A stretch of DNA of 26,213 bases from Thermodesulfobacteriota bacterium. GTDB taxonomy: Bacteria; Desulfobacterota_D; UBA1144; Nemesobacterales; N074bin48. The notes beneath the pieces are model-generated. The model worked only from the letters and a program-made list of their open reading frames with translations, was not told the origin of the DNA and made no database searches. How positions within the stretch are numbered: position 1 is the stretch's first letter; each line of letters begins with the position of its first letter. The stretch lies in the NCBI GenBank assembly GCA_041572575.1, contig JBFFSH010000033.1, forward strand, positions 1-26,213, read 5' to 3'. Below, piece by piece: positions 7,124 to 18,667 of this stretch. The position numbers and the translations under genes were made by a program.

Positions 7124-8065
7124 ATGACAGAGAAAATGTTTGGGATAAGTATTGTATCTAAAAAGACCGGACTATCAGCTCACGCGATTAGGGCATGGCA
7201 AAAGAGATATTCAGCAGTTACACCAATTAGAACACAAACTAACAGGCGGCTATATACACAAAGCCATATTGCAAGATTAGCTAATCTAAAAACTCTTTGT
7301 GATTCAGGTCATACTATAAGCAACATAGCTAATTTAACGGATTTAGAGCTAATGGAACTAATAGAACAATCTCCAAAAAGCGAATCCAGATCAAAAGATA
7401 TTATCTACACAAATAATGAAGCTACTAACTATGTTAAAGACAGTATCGATAGCATACTAAATTATAATTCTTCAAAACTACAGCAAATATTCACTAAAGC
7501 TCATATTGAATTAGGAAATATTGGGTTTATAAATAAATTACTTGTACCACTCATGGAACAAATTGGTGAGCTTTGGCGCGAAGGCAACCTAAGAATAGCA
7601 CACGAACACCTTACATCCAATTTAATAAGAACCTTCATTGGAAATCTCATTAACAGCTCTACTGCTTATGGCAGCTCACAGACCATAGTAGTCACTACCC
7701 CGTTTGGACAGATACATGAACTGGGATCAATACTGGTTGCCTGCACCGCAGCCACTGAAGGATGGAATGTAAAGTATCTGGGCGCCAACCTTCCAAGTGA
7801 AGAAATAGCAGCTGCAGCAGTAGCTAATAATGCTAATGTTGTTGCTCTTAGCGTTGTATATCCCAATTTTGATTCAAGTGTATTGGAAGAGCTTAAAAGA
7901 CTAACTACTCTTCTTCCAGATAATATCACAATATTTATCGGAGGTAGAGCTGCGCCTAATTATAAACCTTTTTTATTAAATGAAAATATAAGATTTATAG
8001 ACTCACTAATGGAGTTGAGGAAAAATCTGGAATCTTTGATATGTATAGATATAGCTACTAATTAA
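7124..8065 (+). CDS. carH: CarH/LitR-type MerR-family repressor with cobalamin-binding domain (putative AdoB12 photoreceptor)
   Basis: MerR wHTH with IRAWQKRY..VTP.RT..NRRLY; W-x9-EH motif (WREGNLRIAHEH); base-off/His-on motif Q-x-H-x2-G-x41-S-x-V-x27-GG (spacings counted by hand). Confidence 0.88.
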   Translation: MTEKMFGISIVSKKTGLSAHAIRAWQKRYSAVTPIRTQTNRRLYTQSHIARLANLKTLCDSGHTISNIANLTDLELMELIEQSPKSESRSKDIIYTNNEATNYVKDSIDSILNYNSSKLQQIFTKAHIELGNIGFINKLLVPLMEQIGELWREGNLRIAHEHLTSNLIRTFIGNLINSSTAYGSSQTIVVTTPFGQIHELGSILVACTAATEGWNVKYLGANLPSEEIAAAAVANNANVVALSVVYPNFDSSVLEELKRLTTLLPDNITIFIGGRAAPNYKPFLLNENIRFIDSLMELRKNLESLICIDIATN

Positions 8066-8166
8066 CTCAGATTCCAATTATATATATTTTAAATATTTAC
8101 TTTTTAATATAAAACATTTATTTTTATCCTTTTTTTAATTCACCTCATCTAAATAATATATCTTTT

Positions 8167-10371
8167 ATGGGAAATCAGGATATTGCTATAAGCCACGGGC
8201 TTACTGAGCAGGAATATAAAAAAATTGTTAAATTCATAGGTAGAGAACCCAATTATACAGAAATTGGAATAATGTCTGCCATGTGGTCTGAGCACTGCTC
8301 TTATAAAAGCTCAAGGATTCATCTAAAAAGACTGCCTACTACAGGGGATAAGGTAATTCAGGGACCAGGAGAAAATGCAGGCATTGTAGATATAGGCGAT
8401 GGACTATGCGCAGTATTTAAGATGGAAAGCCATAATCACCCTTCATTTATTGAACCTTATCAGGGAGCTGCCACTGGTGTTGGAGGAATACTTAGAGACA
8501 TTTTTACAATGGGTGCTAGACCCATAGCACTTTTAGACTCTCTTCGATTCGGTAATCCCCGACTTTCAAAGACAAAATATCTTGTTGAAGGAGTTGTCTC
8601 AGGAATTGCGGGTTATGGAAACTGCATCGGAATTCCAACCATTGGAGGAGAAATTTATTTTAACAGCTGCTATGATGGAAATCCTCTTGTTAATGTATTT
8701 GCACTTGGAATTACAAAAACAACTGAGATATTCAGGGGATATGCCACAGGTGTAGGAAATCCGGTGTTTTATGTAGGCTCCAAAACCGGAAGAGACGGCA
8801 TACACGGAGCAGTAATGGCTTCAGAAACTTTCACTGAAGAATCTGAAGAAAAACGCCCCGCAGTTCAGGTTGGTGATCCATTTACAGAAAAGCTGCTTTT
8901 GGAAGCCTGCCTCGAACTATTCAAAACAGATGCAGTCGTAGGTATACAGGATATGGGGGCTGCCGGGCTTACGTCATCATCAACAGAGATGGCAGAAAGA
9001 GCAGAAACCGGAATTGAAATAGATGTAAACCAAATCCCATGCAGAGAAAAAGGCATGACTCCTTATGAGATGATGCTTTCTGAATCTCAGGAAAGGATGC
9101 TAATTGTACTAAAACAAGGAAAGGAACATGTAGCAGAAAATATTTTTAAGAAATGGAACCTTGATTCTTCTGTAATCGGTAACGTTATCGAAAAAAGGAG
9201 CTTGATTTTAACCAAAGATGGCAGTGTAGAGTGTGATCTTCCAGTTGATATCATCACAAATGAAGCTCCTTATTACGACAGGGAATATTCTAAGCCCGAA
9301 TATTTATCACAAATTAAAGACAGCGTTAATTATAAAAAACCTGACAATTTCAACGATACGGTTATACAGCTTCTATCGTCACCTAACCTGTGCAACAAAA
9401 ACTGGGTAATTGAGCAGTATGATCATATGGTTAGAACAAACACAGTCTGCCCTCCGGGCTCCGATGCTTCTATTGTGAGAATAAAAGGAACAGATAAATC
9501 TATTGCAATGACAACCAACTGCAATTCAAAGTATTGTTATCTAACCCCTTATACTGGCTCCATGATTGCAGTTGCTGAAAGCGCAAGGAACCTTGCCTGC
9601 TCGGGAGCTGTTCCTCTTGCTATCACTGACTGCCTTAATTTTGGCAATCCCGAAAATCCTGAGATAATGTGGCAGTTTAAAGAATCAATAAACGGAATAT
9701 CAAAAGCCGCTACTTTTCTGGGTACTCCAATAGTAAGCGGAAATGTGAGTTTATATAACCAGACAGGAAATGAAGCAATCTACCCTACCCCTACAATTGG
9801 TATGGTTGGACTCATTGAAGATTCATCGAAGATAATAAATCAGTGGTTTAAAAATGAAAACGATTTAATCATACAGATTGGAAATACATACGAAGAATTT
9901 GGTGGCAGTGAATTTTTAAATCTCCAAAACCCTCACCTGTTAAGCAGAGCACCCGAATTGAATCTAGAATCAGAAAAAAAACTTATAAATATATTATTGG
10001 AATTGATACAAGATGGTATACTTAATTGCGCACACGATATTTCAGAAGGAGGCCTTATAACGGCTTTAGCTGAATCATGTTTTACACCAGAAGGCCAAAT
10101 AGGAATCAAAATTGAAAATCCGCTTCCAAACTCATTAACTGAGGATGCATTTTTATTCTCTGAGTCTCAGTCAAGAGTAATAGTATCTTTAGATAAGAAA
10201 AAATTAGCAAAATTTGAAAAAGTATTAAATAAGCATGAAATGGAATTTCATCTCCTTGGAACAACCGGGGGGGATAGCTTAGTGATTGAAAATCTAATTA
10301 ATATGCCTGTAAAAGAAGCTTTCGATGCCTGGGACACCGGGTTTATTGAATTACTGAAAAATAATGGCTAA
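8167..10371 (+). CDS. purL: Phosphoribosylformylglycinamidine synthase subunit PurL (small type)
   Basis: [63 protein letters not shown]; 734 aa without a fused glutaminase domain. Confidence 0.98.
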   Translation: MGNQDIAISHGLTEQEYKKIVKFIGREPNYTEIGIMSAMWSEHCSYKSSRIHLKRLPTTGDKVIQGPGENAGIVDIGDGLCAVFKMESHNHPSFIEPYQGAATGVGGILRDIFTMGARPIALLDSLRFGNPRLSKTKYLVEGVVSGIAGYGNCIGIPTIGGEIYFNSCYDGNPLVNVFALGITKTTEIFRGYATGVGNPVFYVGSKTGRDGIHGAVMASETFTEESEEKRPAVQVGDPFTEKLLLEACLELFKTDAVVGIQDMGAAGLTSSSTEMAERAETGIEIDVNQIPCREKGMTPYEMMLSESQERMLIVLKQGKEHVAENIFKKWNLDSSVIGNVIEKRSLILTKDGSVECDLPVDIITNEAPYYDREYSKPEYLSQIKDSVNYKKPDNFNDTVIQLLSSPNLCNKNWVIEQYDHMVRTNTVCPPGSDASIVRIKGTDKSIAMTTNCNSKYCYLTPYTGSMIAVAESARNLACSGAVPLAITDCLNFGNPENPEIMWQFKESINGISKAATFLGTPIVSGNVSLYNQTGNEAIYPTPTIGMVGLIEDSSKIINQWFKNENDLIIQIGNTYEEFGGSEFLNLQNPHLLSRAPELNLESEKKLINILLELIQDGILNCAHDISEGGLITALAESCFTPEGQIGIKIENPLPNSLTEDAFLFSESQSRVIVSLDKKKLAKFEKVLNKHEMEFHLLGTTGGDSLVIENLINMPVKEAFDAWDTGFIELLKNNG

Positions 10372-11782
10372 AATAAGAGAAGAATGCGGCGTATTCGGTA
10401 TTTTTGGTCATCCCGAAGCTTCTAACATCACATACTTGGGGCTGCATGCTTTGCAGCATAGAGGTCAGGAAAGTGCAGGCATAGTTACATCTGACGATGG
10501 TCTGCTCTATGAACATAAGGAAATGGGTCTTGTTTCAGACATTTTCACAGAAGAGGTAATTAATAAACTAAAAGGTAATAATGCAATCGGCCATGTGAGG
10601 TATTCAACTGCAGGAATGAGCCACCATAAAAACTCTCAGCCTCTTGTCATAAACCATTCCAAAGGACAGCAAATTGCAGTAGCGCATAACGGCAACCTTA
10701 CAAATGCTAGAACCCTGAGGGAAGAGCTTGAATCTGACGGTTCTATATTTCAGACTACTACAGACACAGAAGTAATATTACATTTCATAGCTAAATCCAA
10801 AGAACAGACTTTAAAGAAACGTGTTATTGAAGCTCTTCTCAAATGCAAGGGGGCCTATTCTTTACTTTTCTTAACACCAGAATCTATAATTGCCTGCAGA
10901 GATCCCTATGGTTTCAGACCTCTGGTTTTGGGAAAACTTGGAAATTCATACATTGTATCATCCGAATCCTGTTCGTTTGATCTTATAGAGGCAGATTTCA
11001 TAAGAGAAATAGAACCCGGAGAGCTATTAATAATTAATGAAGACGGCATAGAATCATTAAAACCGTTTCCTGAAACAAAATCTAAACACTGTATTTTTGA
11101 ACACATTTATTTTGCAAGGCCTGACAGCTATCTATTTGGAGATAATGTATACAAAGTAAGAAAGGAATTTGGAAGACAGCTTGCTATAGAACAACCTGCA
11201 GATGCTGATATCGTTATAGCCGTACCAGATTCAGGCGTACCGGCAGCAATAGGTTATTCGGAACAATCAGGCCTTCCGCTCGAGCTTGGACTCCTAAGAA
11301 GTCACTATATGGGAAGAACATTTATCGAACCAAGACAGGTTATTAGAAATTTTGGAGTAAAGCTTAAACTAAACGCTATAAGAAATGTAATAGATGGTAA
11401 AAGGCTTGTTATAGTAGATGATTCAATAGTAAGAGGAACTACTAGCAGAAAAATTGTAAAGATGCTCCAAAATGCAGGCGCCAAGGAAGTTCATATGCGA
11501 ATAAGTTCACCTCCTATGAAATATAGCTGCTATTATGGAGTGGATACTCCAAACGATGGAGAGCTTATAGCAAACTCACTCTCTGTTGAGGAAATAAATA
11601 AATACATTACTTCTGATAGTCTTGGTTATTTAAGTCTTTCTGGAATAATTGAAGCTGTGGAAAGGTCAAACCCGACTACTTGCGGCTCTAATTTTTGTAA
11701 TGCATGTTTTACAGGCTCATATCCAGAACAGCTTGTAGACAAGACTGATAAACTCAAGCAGCTCCATCTGTTTGAAAGATAA
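10364..11782 (+). CDS. purF: Amidophosphoribosyltransferase
   Basis: Propeptide plus [42 protein letters not shown]; Fe-S cysteines (HCIFEH, SCYYG, FCNAC); 8-bp overlap with purL. Confidence 0.98.
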   Translation: MAKIREECGVFGIFGHPEASNITYLGLHALQHRGQESAGIVTSDDGLLYEHKEMGLVSDIFTEEVINKLKGNNAIGHVRYSTAGMSHHKNSQPLVINHSKGQQIAVAHNGNLTNARTLREELESDGSIFQTTTDTEVILHFIAKSKEQTLKKRVIEALLKCKGAYSLLFLTPESIIACRDPYGFRPLVLGKLGNSYIVSSESCSFDLIEADFIREIEPGELLIINEDGIESLKPFPETKSKHCIFEHIYFARPDSYLFGDNVYKVRKEFGRQLAIEQPADADIVIAVPDSGVPAAIGYSEQSGLPLELGLLRSHYMGRTFIEPRQVIRNFGVKLKLNAIRNVIDGKRLVIVDDSIVRGTTSRKIVKMLQNAGAKEVHMRISSPPMKYSCYYGVDTPNDGELIANSLSVEEINKYITSDSLGYLSLSGIIEAVERSNPTTCGSNFCNACFTGSYPEQLVDKTDKLKQLHLFER

Positions 11783-11799
11783 TATTTAGTTACTGAATT

Positions 11800-14505
11800 T
11801 TACTTTTTCTCAGATAACCGGTCGATATTTTCTTTTATAACTGCTTTTTTATCTGTTAGTTCTATTAATTTACCCTTCTCTTTATCCACTATCTCTTTTG
11901 GTGCACGCTCAATAAACTTTTTGTTACTTAACTTGTTTTCAATTACAACCAGATCTTTATCTATCTTCTCTATTTCTTTGTTCATTCTTGATATTTCATT
12001 ATCAATATCGACTAAACCTTCTTCGGGCACAAATATCTGAACACCGCTTAAAACCTGAGAGACACAGTTTTGCGGTTTTTCATCTTTTATAAATTCTATT
12101 GAGTCAACTTTAGCAAGTTCGTATATAAATTGTTTATTATGAGATATTAGGTTTTCTAATTCTTCACTTTCAGTGTTAACAAATATTTTTATTTTTTGTG
12201 AAGGTTTTACATCAAGCTCAGCCCTGATGTTTCTAATGGATATTACAATCTGTTTTAAGAATTCTACTTCTTTATACTCATCATCGAATATTTCAGATTC
12301 ATTGTTTATAGGGTATGAACTTACTACAAGGCTCTCAGTAACATTGCCTTTATTATCAACAATACTTACTCCAAAGTTTCTTAACATGCTGAATATTTCT
12401 TCTGTTATAAAAGGAGTAAAAGGATGCATTAGCTGAAGAGAATTTACTAGTAGTTTTACAAGAATGTTTTGTGTATTTTGCCTTTGAGTATTGTCTTCAG
12501 ACCTTAATTTTGATTTTGATATTTCAATATACCAGTCGCAGAAGTCACCCCAGATAAACTGATATACCCTATTTGCTACTTTATCATAGTCAAAATTGTC
12601 ATAATCCTGGTCAGTCTCTTGTATTATGTTATTAAATTTAGTAAGAATCCATTTATCAAATATTGATAAAGAATTTTTGTCATATGTACAATTTGGATCA
12701 TAACCTTCCAAATTAAGCATTAAAAACCTTGAAGCATTCCATATTTTGTTAATGAAATTTCTATATCCCTTGATAACAGACATTGATAGCTTAATGTCTC
12801 TTCCCTGTGATGCCATGGCAGCAAGACTAAATCTTAGTGAGTCTGCTCCAAATTCATCTATAATTTCCAGCGGGTCTATAACATTGCCCCTGGTTTTACT
12901 CATCTTCTCACCCTTTTCATCTCTTATCAGACCATGGATATAAACGTCTCTAAATGGCACCTGCCCCGTAAACTTAATACCCATCATGATCATCCTTGCT
13001 ACCCAGAAGAATATGATATCGAATGCAGTTATTAGCACACTTGTAGGATAGTATTTTTTAAGATCAACAGTTTGCTCAGGCCACCCTAAGGTAGTAAAGG
13101 GCCAAAGACCCGATGAGAACCAAGTGTCCAGCACATCTGTATCCTGGGTAAGTTCTATTTCTTTGCCGTAATGCAGGGTTGCTGATTTTAATGCATCCGA
13201 TTCACTAAGTTCTACAAATATTTTGCCATCAGGCCCGTACCATACAGGCACCTGATGCCCCCACCATATCTGCCTTGAAATACACCATGGCTCAATATTA
13301 TTCATCCATTCAAAAAATGTATTTTCCCAGTACTTAGGATGAAATTTTATTTCCCCATCTTCAACAGCCTTGATAGCATTTTTGGCAAGCTCTTTAGCAT
13401 CTACATACCACTGGTAAGTAAGCCTCGGCTCAACAATCTCTGCTGACCTGTCACCATATGGAACAAAGTGTTTTATATCTTCATCCTTTTCCAAAAGCCC
13501 CAAGTCTTCAAGATCACTTAATATTTGTTTCCTTGCCTTAAATCTGGAAAGCCCTTCATATTTATCCGGCACATTGGAATTTAATACGGCACTTTCAGTA
13601 AATATATCTATCATCTCAAGATCATGCCTCTTTCCAACTTCAAAATCATTAAAATCATGAGCAGGGGTAATCTTGACAGCGCCACTACCTTTTTCCGGAT
13701 CAGAATATTCATCAGCCACTATTGGTATTTTTCTATCCGTAAGAGGAAGCAATACATATTTACCTATTAATTTTTCATAACGTTTATCTTGAGGATGCAC
13801 AGCAACTGCGGTATCGCCAAGCATGGTTTCAGGTCTTGTAGTTGCAACTGTTATATATTTCTTTGAATTTTCTATGGGATATTTTATATACCAGAGTTTT
13901 CCTTTTACTTCTCTCTGATCAACCTCAAGGTCTGATACCGCTGTCTTTAGTTTTACATCCCAGTTAACAAGCCTTTTATCTTTATAAATAAGCCCCTCAT
14001 TGTATAAATCAACAAACACCTTTCTAACTGCCTGGGATAAGCTATTATCAAGAGTAAACTTTTCCCTACTCCAGTCGGGCAGAGCACCAAGTCTTTTTAA
14101 CTGATTTGTAATTGTACCTCCTGACTCTTCTTTCCATTTCCATACTCTTTTTACAAACTCTTCTCTTCCAAGTTGTTCTTTTAGAATATTTTCTTTTGCA
14201 AGCTCCCTCTCAACTATCATCTGTGTCGCAATACCGGCATGATCTGTTCCCGGAACCCAAAGCGCATCGAAACCCTTCATCCTCTTGTATCTGATGATGA
14301 TATCCTGAAGGGTATTATTGAGGGCGTGACCTATATGGAGTGATCCTGTAACGTTAGGGGGAGGAATTACTATGGTAAACGGTTTATTTGAAGATTCAGA
14401 GTCCGTACTATAGTATTTTTTTTCCATCCAAAGGTCATACCACTTCTGTTCTAGACTCTTTGGATTGTAAGACTTCTCAATCTGACTGTATAGATCTTCA
14501 GACAT
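11800..14505 (-). CDS. valS: Valine--tRNA ligase
   Basis: PPPNVTGSLHIGH, GTDHAGIATQ, WCISRQIWWGH, DVLDTWFSSGLWPF, KMSKT; C-terminal coiled coil. Confidence 0.98.
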   Translation of the reverse strand: MSEDLYSQIEKSYNPKSLEQKWYDLWMEKKYYSTDSESSNKPFTIVIPPPNVTGSLHIGHALNNTLQDIIIRYKRMKGFDALWVPGTDHAGIATQMIVERELAKENILKEQLGREEFVKRVWKWKEESGGTITNQLKRLGALPDWSREKFTLDNSLSQAVRKVFVDLYNEGLIYKDKRLVNWDVKLKTAVSDLEVDQREVKGKLWYIKYPIENSKKYITVATTRPETMLGDTAVAVHPQDKRYEKLIGKYVLLPLTDRKIPIVADEYSDPEKGSGAVKITPAHDFNDFEVGKRHDLEMIDIFTESAVLNSNVPDKYEGLSRFKARKQILSDLEDLGLLEKDEDIKHFVPYGDRSAEIVEPRLTYQWYVDAKELAKNAIKAVEDGEIKFHPKYWENTFFEWMNNIEPWCISRQIWWGHQVPVWYGPDGKIFVELSESDALKSATLHYGKEIELTQDTDVLDTWFSSGLWPFTTLGWPEQTVDLKKYYPTSVLITAFDIIFFWVARMIMMGIKFTGQVPFRDVYIHGLIRDEKGEKMSKTRGNVIDPLEIIDEFGADSLRFSLAAMASQGRDIKLSMSVIKGYRNFINKIWNASRFLMLNLEGYDPNCTYDKNSLSIFDKWILTKFNNIIQETDQDYDNFDYDKVANRVYQFIWGDFCDWYIEISKSKLRSEDNTQRQNTQNILVKLLVNSLQLMHPFTPFITEEIFSMLRNFGVSIVDNKGNVTESLVVSSYPINNESEIFDDEYKEVEFLKQIVISIRNIRAELDVKPSQKIKIFVNTESEELENLISHNKQFIYELAKVDSIEFIKDEKPQNCVSQVLSGVQIFVPEEGLVDIDNEISRMNKEIEKIDKDLVVIENKLSNKKFIERAPKEIVDKEKGKLIELTDKKAVIKENIDRLSEKK

Positions 14506-14538
14506 TCAGTTCAGCAAGACATTAACAATTTTATTCAA

Positions 14539-17500
14539 TTAAACAGTCTGTGTTTCTTCTTCAATTGGTAAAGGAACAGGAATCTCAGGAGCTTCAACCT
14601 CAATATCAATATTCCTGTACATTGGAAGTCCTGTACCTGCCGGTATTAGCCTACCCATAATTACATTTTCCTTAAGTCCTCTAAGCTTGTCTTCCTTACC
14701 TTCACAAGCAGCTTCTGTTAACACCCTTGTTGTTTCCTGGAATGACGCAGCAGAAAGCCAGCTCTCTGTGCTTAAGGACGCTCTTGTTATACCAAGAAGA
14801 AGTGGTTCAGCAGTTGCGGGTTTACCGCCCTGCTCTATTATTTTCTGATTTTCTTCAAAGAAGGTTTGCTTTTCAATAGCTTCACCCACAAGAAACGTAG
14901 TATCTCCCGGCTCTTTAATCCTCACCCTCTTTAACATCTGTTTAACTATTGATTCAATGTGTTTATCATTAATTTTAACACCCTGCAGCCTGTAAACTTC
15001 CTGTATTTCATCTACAAGATATCTCGAAAGTGCTTTCTCTCCCCTAATGCTAAGAATATCATGGGGATTAACAGAGCCGTCAACCAGCTGATCTCCGGCA
15101 GTAACCCTTTCTCCATCTCTTACTAATACGTGCTTTCCTCTTGGAACGAGATATTCTTTTGGCTCACCCATCTCAGGAGTAACTACGAGTCTTCTCTTAC
15201 CCTTTAAATCTTTTCCATATGTAACGATTCCATCAATTTCTGTTACAACGGCGGGATCTCTTGGAATTCTTGCTTCAAAAAGTTCAGCAACCCTTGGAAG
15301 ACCTCCGGTGATATCCTTTGTCTTTGCAGTCTCTCTTGGTATCTTAGCGATAACATCACCTGCAAATATCTCTTCTCCTGAATTCTTTTCTATAACTGCT
15401 CCTACCGGAAGCGAGTACTGCACATGCCCGCCTTCAGCATTTTCAATTATCATTGCAGGGTGATAATCAGGATTTTTTGATTCCATCACTACCTTTTTAT
15501 AAATACCCGTTACTTCATCAACCTGCTCTTTCATACTTATGCCTTCTTCTAAATCCTGATACTTTGATACTCCTGAAATATCAGAAATAAATGGTGTGTT
15601 ATATGGATCCCAATCCGCTATTAGATCACCCTCTTTAACTCTATCACCCTCTGAGACCTTAAGTCTAGCACCCAATACAAGTGGATATTTTTCTCTTTCA
15701 AAACCCTTATCATCAATAACTGCCAACACACCGGTTCTGTTTGTAACAATCAGGTGTCCCTCTTTATTCATAACTGATTTTACATCAACCAGTTTAATTG
15801 TTCCTTCGTGTTGAGAATCAAGAGTACTTTCTGCTACCCTCTGACTTGCAGCACCACCGATATGGAACGTTCTCATAGTAAGCTGGGTTCCGGGCTCCCC
15901 GATTGACTGGGCAGCTACAATACCAACTGCTTCACCAATATTGGAAAGTTTTCCGGATGAAAGATTTCTTCCGTAACACAGGATACATACACCGTGTCTG
16001 GCTTCGCATGTTAATACTGATCTGATTTTAACCTCAGACAGGTTTCCTGCTTCATCGATTCTGTGTGCTGCTTCTTCATCAATCTCGTTGTTTTCTTTAA
16101 CAATTACTTCTCCAGTGGTTGGATCAATAATATCTTCTAGTGCCACTCTGCCAAGCACTCTTTCTCCAACCCTGTCTATTACCTGACCACCTTCAACAAA
16201 ATCAGAGACCGTAATGCCTTCTATTGTTCCGCAGTCATGTTCATTTACCATAACTTCCTGAGCTACGTCTATGAGCCTTCTTGTAAGGTAACCCGCATTA
16301 GCAGTTTTAAGAGCAGTATCGGCAAGACCCTTACGAGCACCATGGGTAGAAATAAAATATTGAAGTACCGTAAGTCCTTCTCTAAAATTCGATGTAATCG
16401 GCGTTTCAATGATCTCACCAGAAGGTTTTGCCATAAGTCCCCTCATTCCTGCAAGCTGTCTAACCTGAGCCTGACTTCCTCTTGCACCTGATTCAACCAT
16501 CATAAATATTGGATTGGATGTAGGACGTGTTACTTCTTCGCCTTCATTTGTTCTAATTGTGTCTGTTGACAGCTCATCCATCATCTCATGAGCTACTTCA
16601 TCTCCTGTTTTGGCCCAAATATCAATTACCTTATTATATCTTTCTCCATCTGTAATGAGACCCTGCGAATACTGATTCTGAACTTTTACTACTTCGCTAT
16701 TGGCTTTATACAAAAGATCTTTTTTTCTTTCAGGGATTATCATATCATCAATAGATATTGAAATTCCTGCACGGGTTGAATACTGAAACCCCATTGTTCT
16801 CAGACGGTCTGCGAGCAGTACGGTGTTTTTACCACCTGAAGTCCTGAAGCAGGTATCCACCAATACTTCAATTGCCTTTTTAGTCATCACTTTATTTATA
16901 AGCTCAAAATCAAGACCTTCCGGGAGTATTTCATAAAGCAGCACCCTGCCTACAGTTGTATCATAGAAATTTTCATTTAAATGAAATTTGATTTTTGAAT
17001 GTATCGCTACCTCATTTGCATCATATGCAAACCTTACGTCATCAATCGAATAGAATGTTTTACCTTCACCTTTTTCATAGGGGATATCCCTTGTCATATA
17101 ATAAACACCAAGCACGATATCCTGTGTGGGAAGAATAATTGGTTTTCCGTGTGCGGGAGAAAGAATATTATTTGTAGACATAACTAGTGTTCTACACTCT
17201 GTCTGAGCTTCCAGTGATAAAGGCAGATGCACAGCCATCTGGTCACCATCAAAGTCGGCATTGTATGCTGGACAGACCAGAGGGTGAATCTTGATAGCCT
17301 TATCCTCAATAAGGATAGGCTCGAATGCCTGAATACTAAGTCTATGAAGTGTAGGAGCCCTGTTTAGAAGCACAGGATGTTCCTGAATTACTTCATCGAG
17401 TGCATCCCATACAATTGGAGCTTCCTGTTCTACAAGTTTCTTGGCTATTTTAATTGTTGCAGCTGCGCCCCATTTCTCGAGTCTTTGATAAATAAAAGGG

Positions 17501-18636
17501 CGGAACAGTTCAAGGGCCATCTGCTTAGGCAGACCACACTGATGAAGCTTTAAATCAGGGCCAACTGTAATTACCGATCTTCCAGAATAGTCTACCCTCT
17601 TACCTAAAAGATTCTGTCTAAACCTACCTTGTTTACCTTTAATAATATCGCTCAAACTTTTAAGTGGTCTGTGATTATGACCAAGTACAGGTCTTCCTCT
17701 TCTGCCGTTTTCAAAAAGTGCATCTACCGCTTCTTGAAGCATTCTCTTTTCGTTTCTAACAATGATATCGGGAGCTCCGAGCTCAAGTAATTTTCTTAGT
17801 CTGTTATTTCTGTTAATAACCCTTCTGTATAAATCATTTAAATCCGAAGTTGCAAACCTGCCGCCGTCAAGTGGAACAAGAGGTCTTAAATCCGGTGGAA
17901 GAATAGGAATTCTTGTTAGTATCATCCACTCCGGTTTATTTTTAGAATTCCTAAAAGCTTCTACTATACGCAGTCTCTTTGATATTCTTGCTCTTTTTAT
18001 TGGAGATGAGGTTTCTCTAAGTTCAACTCTAAGTATTTCTGATAGCTCAACCAGATCAATGGACTTTAACATGTCCCTTACAGTTTGTGCACCCATTCCT
18101 ACCTTAAAAGACATGCCATATTCTTCCAAAGCCCTTCTGTATCTCTCTTCACTTACGGTTTCAGCAAATTTCAGAGGGGTCTGTCCTGGGTCTGTAACAA
18201 CATAAGACTCGTAGTATAAAACCTTTTCAAGGTCTTTTAGAGTCATATCCAAAAGCATTCCGATTCTACTGGGTATGGATCTTAAAAACCATATATGAGC
18301 TACTGGTGAGGCAAGCTCTATATGCCCCATTCTCTCTCTTCTAACCTTTGTGGTAATTACTTCTACTCCACATTTTTCACAAGTATGTCCCCTGTGTTTT
18401 AGTCTTTTATATTTTCCGCAAAGACATTCGTAATCTTTTACAGGTCCAAATATTTTTGCGCAAAAAAGCCCGGTTCTTTCAGGTTTAAATGTTCTGTAAT
18501 TAATGGTTTCAGGCTTTTTAACTTCACCAAAAGACCAACTTTTAATCTTATCGGGAGACGCAATAGATATTTTTACTGAAGAATAGTCAGAAGGATTTTT
18601 TGGTTTTTCAAATAATGTATCTATATCCATACTCAT
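14539..18636 (-). CDS. rpoC: DNA-directed RNA polymerase subunit beta'
   Basis: [21 protein letters not shown], zinc ribbon, trigger loop TMRTFH with SI3-type insertion. Start set at ATG 18636, just downstream of GGAGGT (18646-18641), rather than TTG 18648. Confidence 0.99.
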   Translation of the reverse strand: MSMDIDTLFEKPKNPSDYSSVKISIASPDKIKSWSFGEVKKPETINYRTFKPERTGLFCAKIFGPVKDYECLCGKYKRLKHRGHTCEKCGVEVITTKVRRERMGHIELASPVAHIWFLRSIPSRIGMLLDMTLKDLEKVLYYESYVVTDPGQTPLKFAETVSEERYRRALEEYGMSFKVGMGAQTVRDMLKSIDLVELSEILRVELRETSSPIKRARISKRLRIVEAFRNSKNKPEWMILTRIPILPPDLRPLVPLDGGRFATSDLNDLYRRVINRNNRLRKLLELGAPDIIVRNEKRMLQEAVDALFENGRRGRPVLGHNHRPLKSLSDIIKGKQGRFRQNLLGKRVDYSGRSVITVGPDLKLHQCGLPKQMALELFRPFIYQRLEKWGAAATIKIAKKLVEQEAPIVWDALDEVIQEHPVLLNRAPTLHRLSIQAFEPILIEDKAIKIHPLVCPAYNADFDGDQMAVHLPLSLEAQTECRTLVMSTNNILSPAHGKPIILPTQDIVLGVYYMTRDIPYEKGEGKTFYSIDDVRFAYDANEVAIHSKIKFHLNENFYDTTVGRVLLYEILPEGLDFELINKVMTKKAIEVLVDTCFRTSGGKNTVLLADRLRTMGFQYSTRAGISISIDDMIIPERKKDLLYKANSEVVKVQNQYSQGLITDGERYNKVIDIWAKTGDEVAHEMMDELSTDTIRTNEGEEVTRPTSNPIFMMVESGARGSQAQVRQLAGMRGLMAKPSGEIIETPITSNFREGLTVLQYFISTHGARKGLADTALKTANAGYLTRRLIDVAQEVMVNEHDCGTIEGITVSDFVEGGQVIDRVGERVLGRVALEDIIDPTTGEVIVKENNEIDEEAAHRIDEAGNLSEVKIRSVLTCEARHGVCILCYGRNLSSGKLSNIGEAVGIVAAQSIGEPGTQLTMRTFHIGGAASQRVAESTLDSQHEGTIKLVDVKSVMNKEGHLIVTNRTGVLAVIDDKGFEREKYPLVLGARLKVSEGDRVKEGDLIADWDPYNTPFISDISGVSKYQDLEEGISMKEQVDEVTGIYKKVVMESKNPDYHPAMIIENAEGGHVQYSLPVGAVIEKNSGEEIFAGDVIAKIPRETAKTKDITGGLPRVAELFEARIPRDPAVVTEIDGIVTYGKDLKGKRRLVVTPEMGEPKEYLVPRGKHVLVRDGERVTAGDQLVDGSVNPHDILSIRGEKALSRYLVDEIQEVYRLQGVKINDKHIESIVKQMLKRVRIKEPGDTTFLVGEAIEKQTFFEENQKIIEQGGKPATAEPLLLGITRASLSTESWLSAASFQETTRVLTEAACEGKEDKLRGLKENVIMGRLIPAGTGLPMYRNIDIEVEAPEIPVPLPIEEETQTV

Positions 18637-18667
18637 AATGACCTCCAATCAAATGTTTTTCATTTGA

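Noticed and set aside
95..7126. Recurrent ACT-ATG context at SD-less starts (IS, HNH, DUF4922, carH)
   Set aside because: Only four cases in AT-rich DNA, and many other genes here use clear SD sequences; cannot be distinguished from chance without a genome-wide count.
12893..12907. ValRS KMSKT instead of KMSKS
   Set aside because: A conservative variant that keeps the catalytic lysine; no sign of altered function.
14506..14538. T-box or other leader upstream of valS
   Set aside because: The gap is only 33 bp with no T-box motif or hairpin.
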